Source: Eledone cirrhosa (taxonomy: Eukaryota). Taken from it: DNA of 64,000 nucleotides. Location of the stretch: positions 116,808,001-116,872,000 of the forward strand of contig OZ024742.1 in NCBI GenBank assembly GCA_964016885.1. The letters are read 5' to 3'. Below the pieces are notes generated by a model. It did not search any database and was not told the DNA's origin. It saw only the letters and a program-made list of their open reading frames with translations. The translations under genes and the position numbers were made by a program. Every line of letters starts with the position of its first letter. The stretch's first letter is position 1. Of the stretch, positions 14,510-29,070 are shown piece by piece.

Positions 14510-15720
14510 TGTAATTATATTTGTAGGACATGAAAAAATAGGTCACTGGTCTTGATTGGAATTATCATAGTAGTAAACTGGTCTGTTGGAGAAAGTGGCG
14601 GCAGAGAACATGGTAAGTGTATCTTGACAGGTAAGGTGCCAGGAGAAGGAAGTAGTGGGGTGGGAGTGTGGGTAGGAGTGAAGTAGGGGAAGGGGCATTA
14701 GTAATCTTAGAAATAGAGGGTGGAGTGGTGGGGTTATTTACAGATGGGGCTCATAGGTTGAAAAAGTACTTTTAAGTGAAGAATTAACAGTAAAAGTGGG
14801 TTATATAGAAGTAAATGAGCAGATGGTTAAATAAAATAGTAAATAGGCAAAAATAAAATCAGGTAAAATACAGGGGTTTAAAAATAGGTAGAGTGGGTTA
14901 TCATCATCACCATTTTACAGCAATTTGTCCATGCTAGCATGGGTTAGACTAGATTATATAGGTTGGGAACCAGTGTTGAAGTGTATATACTATGTGTATG
15001 CATACTGCATACAAAGGGGCACACACTACAGTATACTGAGGAGATTTAGAAGGTTTTACATGAGAATACATGAATAAAAGTGTAAGATATTACTTTAATG
15101 GAAGGAGTGGGGTGAAGTAAGGATTTAAATAGCAAATAAATGAGTAGGTGGATAAAGTAAACATAAACAGACACAGGCGCATTCATACATGCACACATAC
15201 ATACCTGTGCACATACATGCACACATCCGTACATGCACAATCACCTACCTGCAAGTGTGCATGCATAGTTCTGTGCATAAATGTATGTATATACACATAT
15301 AACTACACACATGCACTTCTATACACAATCACACATGCGCACACACACAGGCCACTGTATGTCCCTATGGGTGAGGGGATAGTGTAATCGTTTAAATATA
15401 TATATATATACAGAAAGAGAGAAATAGATAGATATATAAGCATGCATACATCATCTAGATTCATACAAACACACAAATGCAGCAACACATATATACATAG
15501 AATTCTATTATTGAAAGAAAAAATATATTTTTTAAATAAAATTAAATAGATTTCTATGTAAATAGAAAATGTTTGGGTTTGTATATAAGATTTTCTTTAT
15601 AAATAAATTGTTGGTCTTTAGATCAGCTTATTATTTAATATAAGTGAAACATCAAATTTGTAGAGTTGTCTTGCAGTCATTTGACTTAGCTTTATATCTT
15701 TTTAAAATTAGAATAATACA

Positions 15721-15777
15721 ATAGCAGTAACCACAATAGTAGTAGCAATAGTAGTAGTGATAGCAATAGTAGTAGTG

Positions 15778-15827
<50 letters not shown>

Positions 15828-15840
15828 TGTAGTGTTGTTG
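15721..15840. repeat. (TAG)n microsatellite
   Basis: Direct reading; explains the poly-Val and poly-Tyr ORFs. Confidence 0.95.
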
Positions 15841-16065
15841 GTGGTTGAAAAGAAACATATTTTTATTTATTTAATTTTAGAAAAATCTTTTATGAAGAAC
15901 AAAACCAAAAAATGCAACAAGAAACTAGCTTCAGGACATATATTTTTGAAAAGGCCAAAGTATATAAAATCTGTAACTTTCTTAAAACATATTAAAGGAA
16001 GAAGAGAGTTAAAGGATAAAGATGAAGTAGGAAGAGGAAGAAAAGAAAGAAAATGAATTAGAATC

Positions 16066-16133
<68 letters not shown>

Positions 16134-16188
16134 TATACATTTATATACACACGCATATCTACATACATATATATGTATCTAATACGTG

Positions 16189-16250
<62 letters not shown>

Positions 16251-16763
16251 GAAAGATTATGAGCAGACAAAATATCATTGAAAATCAATAAGTTATTTTC
16301 AATAGTTCTCTATTGAAAATATACATTAACGTAATGTGTCCAACGCTAATGTATGTTCTTACTGCAAAAAAAGTGAACGTTACTCTCTATTGTTATTCTG
16401 AATGATCTTCAAGTGGTATAGGGCCTGTCATAGCTGGCAAATTATTGTCTGTTCTTTTCAGAAAAATGATATTTTGTATATAGAATCTGTTTAGAATTTT
16501 GTCGTATTTCAAAGGAAACAGTAAAGTAGATATGTAGAGATGAAAAATGTATATAATAAAAGTACAACAATAATAAAAATAGAAATCAAGAGTAATGTTT
16601 AATCTATGAAGACGTAGAGTGTATAGGTATGTCTTTAATTGTGGGCGTCTATATATATATATATATATATGGTGTTGAACGTTGCATGAATCATTGTGTA
16701 AAGTGTAGAAAATAGAGTGTTTTATAAGGCTACTGCAATGCAATCAGGACCCTAAATGTTGAA

Positions 16764-17180
16764 ATAATGGTTTCTAATTAAGGTAAAAGGTCAATAATTT
16801 GGGTGTAAGGGAAAGTCGATTAAATCAATCCCAGTTCGTTACTGCCGCTTTATTTTATTTACCCTATAAGAATGAAAGGCTAAGCTAACCACAGCACAAT
16901 TTAAACTCTGAACATAAAGGGATATATCTATATGCTGTAAAGCATGTTGTCTGATGCTCTACTGATACAGCCAATCTACCATCATTGAATTTTGAAATAA
17001 TTGTTTCTATTTTTGGCACAAGGCCAGCAATTATCCCAGTGTATTACTGGTACTTTATTTTATCGACCCTGTAAGGATGAAAGGCAAAGTTAACCTCGGC
17101 GGCATTTGAACTCAGATCATAAAGGGAGGTAACTCTATGCATCAAAGCATGGCATCCAACCCTCTACCGATACTGCCAAT
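16764..17180 (-). mobile_element. two adjacent family A SINEs
   Basis: Reverse-complement matches at about 16764-16985 (old) and about 16998-17180 (young). Confidence 0.8.
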
Positions 17181-17624
17181 TTTTAAAATAATGATATGAA
17201 ATATGCTGGAGTTGATTAATAGTCCTTTATATTTTGAGAAGAAAAAAATCCCTTCAGCAATAGAAGAATTGAGGAAACAAATTCTTGTGTTGTTGTTATG
17301 CTGACAGTTCATTATTTTATGTTATGTTTTTCAACTTCATTTTCTCTTCTGTTATCCTATTCTTACTTATCCATGTCAACATATATGATCTATCACTCTC
17401 ATTCCCTCATTATTTTCTCTCACTCTATCTCTCATCATATGCTATATATTCTATTCCTTTCGTTCTCTCTCTCTCCCTCCTGACATTTTTTTCGTTTTTC
17501 TCTCTTCTTTTTCTCTCACTGCTCTTCTATCCATTAAAAGTTTTGTTTAACCTGATTATTTGTTATTATCATCATAGCAGCTGGCTGTTTTATAGCTATT
17601 CCCACATTTCAGATTCCTACAATG

Positions 17625-17922
17625 GTTGTGTAGGTGTCATGACAAAAAGCACACAGCCCACACTGTAAAGTGGTTGTGTAGCTATCATGACAAAAAGCAC
17701 ACAGCCCACACTGTAAAGTGGTTGTGTAGAAGTCATGACAAAATTCACCTAGCACACACTGTAAATGTGTTGGTGTTAGGAAGGGCATTTGGCTGTAGAA
17801 ACCAAGCCAGAAACAGTTCTATATGAGTAAGACACGGTCACCTGACCCAACTTGCCTCAAATGGGGCAACCCTTCTAACCCATGTTAGTATAGAAAATGG
17901 ACTTTAAACGATGATGATGATG
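17625..17922 (+). mobile_element. RTE-type 3' UTR fragment with tandem ~48-bp subrepeats
   Basis: Repeated gacaaaaagcacacagcccacactgtaaagtggttgtgtag, then gttaggaagggcat and a GAT tail. Confidence 0.75.
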
Positions 17923-18019
17923 AAATATGTATTTATGTGTGTGTATGTATGTGTATCTATGTGTGAGAAGTCATATAAATGAAACAACTTATACTTAGAG
18001 TAGTCTCCCGATTTCATTT

Positions 18020-18130
18020 AATAATTGTTTCTACTTTAGGCACAAGGCCAGCAATTACCCAGTGCATTACTGGTACTTTATTTTATCGACCCCGTAAGGA
18101 TGAAAGGCAAAGTCAACCTCGGCGGGATTT
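18020..18130 (-). mobile_element. 5'-truncated family A SINE
   Basis: Matches the SINE 3' half; flanked by atttcatttaataat on both sides. Confidence 0.8.
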
Positions 18131-18540
18131 CATTTAATAATAATCATTAGAAAATGTTTAAGGTTTATTTAAGTATTATGAAAAAAACTGTTAAGAATTA
18201 CAATGGTTAAAGAGTAGTGTATTAATCACATAGCAGTGGTTTTAAAATAACCATGCACTTACAAGTAACCATTGCAACATATTTCCATTCAGCACATATA
18301 AAGAAACCAGATAGTACAACATCCATCAATTTTACATAGAATTACACACAAAACAATTTGAACAATTATGTAGGCTTTACTATTATCAAAATATCATATA
18401 AATTAACACACAGATGCAGCATACATGAAACCAATTATAATATCTGCCTTGTTACAAACATTGAGACATTTTAAAGCAGTCAGATATGATTTCCTAGCTC
18501 TTCTATGTTGCTTTACAGCACATGACTAATGCATCAATAG

Positions 18541-18576
18541 TATGACTCTTATGAATCTGAAGATGAAGCTGCAAAG
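18541..18576 (+). other. candidate 36-nt micro-exon (YDSYESEDEAAK)
   Basis: Branch-like gactaat, TGC, tag acceptor, 36 nt in phase 0, AAG|gtttga donor. Confidence 0.2.
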
Positions 18577-19124
18577 GTTTGAAATATTAATACATATATT
18601 GAATTAGGAACACTGTTGTTACAAACTAAGCATAAATAACTAATAAGGAAATTCGAAAAATCCTTAATATAATTGCTCAAACTGGAGCATATCATGTTTT
18701 TAATATGTTTCAGAGAAAAACTGTTCCGTACTTGTACATGTATATATACATACATATGTACACACACATATATGTACAGTTAATACATCCTTTGGGTTGA
18801 TTTCCATGATCTGGAGTATTCAGAAACTAAACAGTTATTTTGTTTCATTTTCTGTTTATGTGTTTCTCAGTATCATAATTCTATAGCTGATGATGATTTT
18901 AGAGGTCTGAAGCCTTTGTCTTTCTTGTGTCAACTATTAATCTTACCAGGGGTGAGAGGTAAGGGTCGTTAGTACCTGCTCACTTCCCTCCTTCCTACCC
19001 TGTCCAGTTTGTGCTGGCTTTGCTAGATAATTTATTATACACACACACACAAACACACACATATATATATGTATGTATATATATATATAGATATAGATAT
19101 ATATATATATATATATATAGATAT

Positions 19125-19160
<36 letters not shown>

Positions 19161-19716
19161 AACAGGGAGAAGGAGATGATTATGAGGAAGAAAAATATTT
19201 TTTTTTCCTTTTTTTTGTCTCTCTCTCTTTTTTTTTTCTGGGTTAGAAAATGATTAAAACGAAATGTTTTACTTTGTGTGAAGTGTTAAGGTATTAGTTG
19301 ATTTATTTATTTTTTAACAATGGCATTTATTTATCTGTTTATATATTTAATTATTGTCTATTACCGGTTTCTGCATTTATATGCATTATCAAATGATAGT
19401 GAAATGTATTAGTGTGGTGTCGCACATGTTAAACAGAAGGTGCAGAAAGAATAATGCTATTTACAAACAAGGTTTAAGAAGTGAAAAGAAAAAAGAAAAC
19501 AAACGTGCATGATGTGGAATGTAAAAAGTCAATGTGGGAGAAAAAATAATGTTATTTACAAGCACAGTCATTGAAGTTAAGCAGTTCAAAATGTGTTAAT
19601 ATAGCAAGAGTGTTTGTTGAACCATGATTCCATGAAGGAGGCAAATGGTGGACTGTGGTTTGATATGATTTCCCTTTTTAGAGAGTTAATATGCAGGGGG
19701 AAGCATCATCATCATC

Positions 19717-20222
<506 letters not shown>

Positions 20223-20830
20223 GGTGGCTGCCAACTCGTTTTCGAGTACGGCCACTACTTTATATCCATATAGGAGAACCCCTACCGATGCAGTGAACGA
20301 GTGTGACCTTTTAGTCCAGCCAGCGACTTGAAAACTCTGGTACAAACACTACACTTGTGACAAATATTGACACATAGTGCTGGGGCCATGGTACCCTGTG
20401 ACGACAAGTGCAGAGAGATCTCCAGATATAAAGCAATGCCTGTGCCGTGAAGCTTTTATAGTGAGCAAAGGCACTGCACAAAGCCAGTCCCACTCTCTTA
20501 ACTAAGATGATATTTACCAAAAAGAAGAACAAGTCAACATCATTGGATACCATCAGAGTTGCAGGTGTTATATCAGAGTTTTCCTTCTCCTAGAATTCTG
20601 CCTTGACAAAGGCTAAGGGGTCATCTCTCCCGGTGATTTTGGATGGCCATTGACTCTTAAGAGCTCCTTTGCCCTTTGACAGGTCTTGTTTTTAGTCCTG
20701 CAGGATGTCCAAAGTCACCCTCCTCACCAAGAAACCTTGGTGGGGTTGCCAGTTTAGTCGCCAACGACCCGACCATGGGACAGGTTGTACTGGGATACAT
20801 GTTACCAGTAGCACCAACTGGTGACCTGAC
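20223..20830 (-). mobile_element. ~600-bp non-coding interspersed element, copy 1 (RTE 5'-UTR-like)
   Basis: Inverted, diverged copy of 21361-21959; flanked by TA tracts; contains ggagaaggaaaactctga, which I recall from RTE 5' UTRs. Confidence 0.6.
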
Positions 20831-20844
20831 ATATATATATATAC

Positions 20845-20929
<85 letters not shown>

Positions 20930-20980
20930 TATCCATATATATATATATATATATATCCATATATATATATATATATATAT

Positions 20981-21024
<44 letters not shown>

Positions 21025-21047
21025 GTGGTTACACAACAGTTAATTCA

Positions 21048-21097
21048 CCATACCAAGAACAATTGTTTCACCTCAGCGGATCCTCAGCTCGGAATGG
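21048..21097 (-). ncRNA. type-I hammerhead ribozyme
   Basis: ccattccgag CTGAGGA tcc-gctga-ggt GAA acaattgt T cttggtatgg. Stem I pairs 9 of 10; stem III is the palindrome ACAATTGT. Confidence 0.75.
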
Positions 21098-21098
21098 C

Positions 21099-21148
21099 CC
21101 ATTCCGAGCTGAGGATCCGCTAAGGTGAAACAATTGTTCTCAGTATGG
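21099..21148 (+). ncRNA. type-I hammerhead ribozyme
   Basis: CTGAGGA at 21109-21115, GAAA at 21127-21130, GUU site, stem I ccattccgag/ctcagtatgg. Confidence 0.75.
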
Positions 21149-21237
21149 TGAACTAACTGTTGGGTAACCACTTCTACCTTACTCGTCCCATGGACTGAGT
21201 GCTCTACCACTACGGATATTACCTTCCAGTGTTCCAC

Positions 21238-21293
<56 letters not shown>

Positions 21294-21360
21294 GTATATA
21301 TATGTATGTATGTATGTATATATATATGTATGTATATATGTATGTATGTATATATATATA

Positions 21361-21959
21361 TTGGTGCTACTGGTAACATATATCACAGTACAACCTGTCC
21401 TATGGTCGCGTCAGTTGCAACTAAACTGGCCACCCCACCAAGGTTTCTTGGTGAAGAGGGTGACTTTAGACATCGTCATCCTGCAGGATTAAAAGAAAAC
21501 CTGTCAAAGGGCAAAGGAGCTCTTCAGAGTCAATGGCCATCCAAAATCACCGGGTGAGATGACCCCTTAGACTTTGTAAAGGCAGAATTCTAGGAGAAGG
21601 AAAACTCTGATATAACACCTGCAACCCTGATGGTATCCAATGATGTTGACTTGTTATTCTTTTTGGTAAATATCATCTTGGTTAAGAGAGTGGGACTGGC
21701 TTTGTGCAGTGCCTTTGCTCACTGTAAAGGCTTCACGGCACAGGCATTGCTTTATATCTGGAGATCTCTCTACACTTGTTGTCACATAGTACCATGGGCC
21801 TAGCACTATGTGTCAATAATTGTCACAAGTGTAGTGTTTGTACCAGAGTTTTCAAGTTGCTAGCTGGACTAAAAGTCACACTCATTCAGCGCATCGGTAG
21901 GGGTTCTCCTACATGGATATAAAGTAGTGGCCATACTCAAAAACGAGTTGGCAGCCACC
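21361..21959 (+). mobile_element. ~600-bp non-coding interspersed element, copy 2
   Basis: Reverse complement of 20223-20817 with scattered substitutions and small indels; TA flanks. Confidence 0.6.
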
Positions 21960-21970
21960 GTATATATCTT

Positions 21971-22003
<33 letters not shown>

Positions 22004-22030
22004 ATATAAGTATGTATATATATATATATG

Positions 22031-22062
<32 letters not shown>

Positions 22063-22115
22063 TATGTATGTATATATATATATATATGTATGTATATATG
22101 TATGTATATATGTAC

Positions 22116-22943
<828 letters not shown>

Positions 22944-23093
22944 ATCTATCTAAGATATTTTCTTATTTTACGTCCTTTATATTATTGTTCTGCATTCTCC
23001 TGCATTGAACCACCTAGGTACTATGACATAACCTGTGTATTTGCTGGCATGGGCGTGCATCTGTGCGCTTATGTTAGTTGATATATTAAATTA

Positions 23094-23133
<40 letters not shown>

Positions 23134-23189
23134 TAAACAAATAATGAATAAAACAATGAAACAGTTCCTTATATTAAACAAAAAAAGTT

Positions 23190-23338
23190 CATTATTTAAC
23201 GATCGTTTCTAGGATATATATGTGTTAGAATTGGTATGCATATTCAACAGATCTATGTACAAAATTATACAGAATTATACAAACTATCAAGATTAAATAT
23301 ACATACCAACACATATATACGCCGTCTTCAGAAATAAT
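23190..23338 (-). ncRNA. type-I hammerhead ribozyme with extended stem II (mirror copy)
   Basis: Reverse complement of 23356-23504 with an intact core. Confidence 0.7.
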
Positions 23339-23354
23339 ATTTCGTCTTCAGAAA

Positions 23355-23504
23355 CATTATTTCTGAAGACGGCGTATATATGTGTTGGTATGTATATTTA
23401 ATCTTGATAGTTTGTATAATTCTGTATAATTTTGTACATAGATCTGTTGAATATGCATACCAATTCTAAGACATATATATCCTAGAAACGATCGTTAAAT
23501 AATG
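23355..23504 (+). ncRNA. type-I hammerhead ribozyme with 115-nt stem II
   Basis: cattattt CTGAAGA [115-nt hairpin] GAA acgatcgt T aaataatg. Stem I is a perfect 8 bp; stem III is the palindrome ACGATCGT. Confidence 0.75.
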
Positions 23505-23700
23505 AACTTTTTTTGTTTAATATAAGGAACTGTTTCATTGTTTTATTCATTATTTGTTTAATATTTTATCTTGACTCTGTATACCGTTTATCTTTCACCG
23601 AAAGTGATTTTTCATTACATCTCTTCTTTCCATGATATCCGGAATACATTGAGTTCTTCATACGGATTGGACACTACCGTAAACTCTTGGTAGATTTATC

Positions 23701-23701
<1 letters not shown>

Positions 23702-23772
<71 letters not shown>

Positions 23773-23779
23773 TATATAC

Positions 23780-23828
<49 letters not shown>

Positions 23829-23839
23829 TATATATATAC

Positions 23840-23935
<96 letters not shown>

Positions 23936-24054
23936 GAATATATATATGTATATATATATATATATGTATATATATATGTATATATATATATGTATATATA
24001 TGTATATGTTTATATATGTATATATCTATATATATATATATATGTATATATATG

Positions 24055-24087
<33 letters not shown>

Positions 24088-24156
24088 GTATATATATATA
24101 TATATATATTTATATATGTATATATATATGTATATATATATATATATATATTTATG

Positions 24157-24243
<87 letters not shown>

Positions 24244-24526
24244 ATATATATATATGTATTTATATATATGTATATGTATATATATGTATATATATATGTA
24301 TATGTATATATATGTATTTATATATATGTATATGTATATATATGTATATATATATATGTATATGTATATATATGTATTTATATATATGTATATGTATACA
24401 TATGTATATATATATATGTATATGTATATATATGTATTTATATATATGTATATGTATATATATGTATATATATATATGTATATGTATATATATGTATATA
24501 TATATATGTATATATATATATACATG

Positions 24527-24575
<49 letters not shown>

Positions 24576-24670
24576 ATGTATATATATATATATATATATA
24601 TGTATATGTATATATATATATGTATATATATATATATGTATATGTATATATATATGTATATGTATATATA
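23702..24670. repeat. (TA)n/(TATG)n microsatellite
   Basis: Direct reading. Confidence 0.97.
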
Positions 24671-27600
24671 AACAGTCTTCTAAACAGGAAACTTCTTCCT
24701 CTTTTTTAGCCATAATGAATCTGGCAAAAGAACTGGAAAAAAACATTCGAGCTATCACCCAGCACCACCCTCCACTATCACCCCACTGCACAAACTCCCA
24801 TTGCTGCCATTAACAAACAAACAAATTAACAACACACCAAAACAATTAAAACCATCCACTCTCGCCTCTACATTTTTGCTTAACGCCCAAGGCATCAGCC
24901 CTTCCACCAATACTCAAAAATGGAAGATCAAATTCCTGGAGGACTCGATTGATGTCCATCCAAACCACATCCCTTTCTTCGTCCTCACTGAAACCCATCT
25001 CAGTAACCTCCACTTGGAAGCCGAGGTGAAAGTGAAAAATTTCAAAGCCATCCGTGCTGATCGCGCTGGCAGAAGAAAGGGCGGAACTGCCATTTATGTC
25101 CATAATTCTTTCTCAACAGAGGCTATGAACATATTCACTAATGGATACTGTGAAGCAGTCACTGTATTCAGTCAAACCAACAACCTATTAGTAGTTGGGC
25201 TCTATAGGCCACCCCAAACGCCTGTACCATGCTTCAAGGAATGCCTCAACAGCATAAAGTGTTTCATCCAAGAGTGTCACCCTGACAACATCTTAATGAT
25301 GGTGGACTTCAACCTCCCCGGAGTTGACTGGTCCACAAACAGCCTGCCACCAGGTTCTTCTGCCTCAACCTCTGACAGGGAAGCTGTGGAATCGCTTCTT
25401 GACTTCATGGATGATTTCTTCCTATCCCAACTGGTGCTCGAACCAACGAGGTGCCACAAAACATCCTAGACTTAATTTTCAGCAATCACACTGACAATAT
25501 CCACAATATTGCAGTGGAGAAAACTCTACTCTCTGATCATGACATGGTTCTCTGTGATCTGAGATTCCACCGTCCAATATACAAACCCAATGTCATCTCT
25601 CCTGTCCATCCGTTTGACGCTATGGATTTCCACAATGCAAACTGGGAAGCGATCAGTCATGATCTTGCACATGTCGACTGGTCCTTCACGCACACTCATA
25701 CACCCACTAACATGAAAAAGTCCTGGCAGACATTTGTGGACACTGTTACAAACATATGTGCTAAACACACCCCATTAAGAACTATAAACAAATCTAAGAG
25801 CAGAATCCCTAGAAATAGAAAAACGCTCATCAGAAAAATTAAGAGAACGAACAAAAAAATCAACAAGCTGAAATACTGTCAGCAGCAACACATCAACTTG
25901 ACTGCCATTTCATCACTAGAGATTAAAAAACATAACCTCCAAAACAACATAATGTCCCTCATCAACAATCAGAGAAGAGCTGAAGAGGCCTGGGCCATTG
26001 AGAAGATCAAACTCAATCCCAAAGTGTTCTTTTCATTTGCAAAAAAACACAAAATCTCTGGCTCTACTGTTGGCCCTCTAATTGATGAAAATGGCACTCT
26101 TCAAGACAATGCTAAAACCATGGGTGAGATACTGCTCTGTTTTCAGCAATCCTGATATGGCCGATCTGGGCTGTATCGGCGATGTTACTCCCCATTACAC
26201 CTTATCGGACATAACGTTTGGCGCCCCTGATGTCTTGGCGGCAATAAAGGAAATCAAGCATAATTCAGCAGTAGGTCCCGATAGGTTCCCTGCTTGTGTC
26301 TTGAAGGCGTGTCAACACCAACTTGCATCTCCTCTTGCCAATCTGTGGCGGAACTCACTGGATGCTGGATATGTGCCAGAAAACCTTCTATCCCAGTCTG
26401 TTGTCCCAGTTTTCAAAAAGGGAAACAAATCCCTTGCCGTGAATTACCATCCAATCTCACTCACCTCTCATATCATTAAGGTATTTGAGCGAGTGGTGAG
26501 ATCGCGAATGACCCACTTCCTTGAGAGTAACAATATGCTGAACTCCAACCAGCATGGATTCCGTAATGGAAGGGATTGCCTGACGCAGCTACTGCATCAC
26601 TTTGATGACATTTTGAGAGCCTTGGGAGAGGGTTCCAACACTGATGTTATCTACCTTGATTTCAGCAAGGCCTTTGACAGGGTTGATCATAACATTCTAC
26701 TGAGAAAGCTGTCCAATATTGGTGTCACTGGAAAGCTGCTGCAGTGGATCAAGAGCTTCCTGTCAAACAGAACCCAACATGTTGTAGTTGAGGGAGTCAA
26801 ATCAAGCCCAGCCAAAGTCAGTAGTGGGGTCCCACAAGGCACTGTGTTGGGCCCACTTCTCTTCATCATCTATATTAATGACATCACTGACATCATCAAA
26901 CACAGCAACATTAAAATTTTCGCTGATGATTCCAAGCTCCAAAAGGTCATCAATGGCGTGGATGACCGGATAAGCCTTCAGTCAGACCTACTGGCTGTTA
27001 CCCAATGGGCAGAAAAGAACAACATGTTACTGAACGAAGACAAATTCGAACTGATCCACTTTGGAAAAGAGGATGCTCTGAAACTCCCGTACTCCCTTCC
27101 CTCCGGGGAAACTCTCGTGGCATCTAACAACATCAGAGACTTGGGAGTAACCGTGGACAGCAACATAAGCTGGACCACGCATATAAGCAGCAAAGTTGAC
27201 ATGGCCCGCAGAATGTGTTCCTGGATCCTCAGAACCTTCCAGTCGAGAGATTCCCGCACAATTATCCTTCTCTTCTCTACTTTCGCCCGACCACACCTTG
27301 AATACTGTTGTCCACTGTGGTCTCCCCACACGAAACAAAGTATCATGAAACTTGAAGCTCCTCAAAGGGCAATCACGAAAAAGATAGATGGCATGTCAGA
27401 CCTTGACTACTGGGGTCGATTAGAAAACCTGAAACTTTACTCACTCCAACGTCGCCGTGAGCGTTATATTATCTGCATGATGTGGAAAATGTTCCATCAT
27501 CACTGCCCAAATGATGTTGGCATCGCCTTCAAGATACACCCAAGGCTTGGGCCCCGTGCTATCCGTCCCATTCAAAAATCTAAATCGCAACTCATAACAA

Positions 27601-27892
27601 CGATACGGCACAATTATTTCACCTCAATCGGCCCTGCTCTCTTCAACATCACACCAGGACACGTCAAAACAGAAACTGACCACACAAAATTCAAGAAGTC
27701 TTTGGACAAATTCCTCCAAGTAATCCCGGACAAACCACCCACACCCGGATATGTCTCCGCAAACAGTAATTCTCTTCTCGAATGGGCCATGGTGCCCAAA
27801 TCCTGAATTGAAAGACTTCGCCAGGTGGTGCTATTAAGTTAGACATGGCCTGGGCCAATACTGGCCAAAACATTTCAAAGTTATTCAAAGTT
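24671..27892 (+). mobile_element. CR1-group LINE, 5'-truncated just upstream of ORF2, inserted in (TA)n
   Basis: APE plus RT ORF2; short 3' UTR with hairpin ggcca-atac-tggcc and a tandem ttcaaagtta tail; TA tracts on both sides. Confidence 0.9.
24801..27806 (+). pseudogene. LINE ORF2 (AP endonuclease + reverse transcriptase) with two frameshifts (about 25450 and 26135)
   Basis: APE motifs LTETHL, YRPP, DFN, ILDL, LSDH; RT motifs QHGFR, YLDFSKAFD, GVPQGTVLGP, FADD, DLGV. Split over ORFs 24801-25469, 25451-26155 and 26082-27806. Confidence 0.92.
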
Positions 27893-27930
27893 ATATATAT
27901 ATATGTGTATATATATATATGTATATGTAT

Positions 27931-28006
<76 letters not shown>

Positions 28007-28015
28007 GTATATATA

Positions 28016-28432
28016 TAAGATCAAAAGATGGTTAAAGGAGTTCCATGTATTTTATTATGTGCATTTCAAAAACAAACATCATCATGCAATAATATTTGTG
28101 TGTTCACCAGATAAAACAGGAGGACATGATATGAAGGCTAAAAAACACTTGTGGATAGTGCAGTTTTGAATCAACATATGTTGATTCAAAACTGCACTAT
28201 CCACAAGTGTTTTTTAGCCTTCATATCATGTCCTCCTGTTTTATCTGATGAAAACACAAATATTATTGCATGATGATGTTTGTTTTTGAAATGCACATAA
28301 TAAAATACATTGAACTCCTTTAACCATCTTTTGATCTTATATATTATGTATACTCCAGTCCTACAAACTGTAGAGTGCTTCTTATCCAATATCTGCATTG
28401 CTTTATTGTACTACAATAAAACTCACCTTCTA
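28016..28432. mobile_element. spacer-less palindromic Penelope-like terminus: 162-bp arms (28016-28339) plus extension, in (TA)n
   Basis: Axis at 28177/28178 (gaatcaacat|atgttgattc); hammerhead in the right arm, mutated core (CTGGTGA) in the left. Confidence 0.75.
28239..28305 (+). ncRNA. type-I hammerhead ribozyme
   Basis: ttttat CTGATGA, stem II acaaatattat/atgatgtttgt, GAA atgcacat A, ataaaa. Confidence 0.75.

Positions 28433-29070
<638 letters not shown>

Larger units (their letters stand above)
21021..21240. mobile_element. palindromic Penelope-like terminus: 77-bp arms (21021-21175) plus unique 3' extension, in (TA)n
   Basis: Near-perfect inverted repeat centred on 21098; a hammerhead in each arm. 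Confidence 0.75.
23125..23701. mobile_element. palindromic Penelope-like terminus: 214-bp arms (23125-23338 and 23356-23569) plus ~130-bp extension, in (TA)n
   Basis: Near-perfect inverted repeat; a long-stem-II hammerhead in each arm. Confidence 0.75.
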
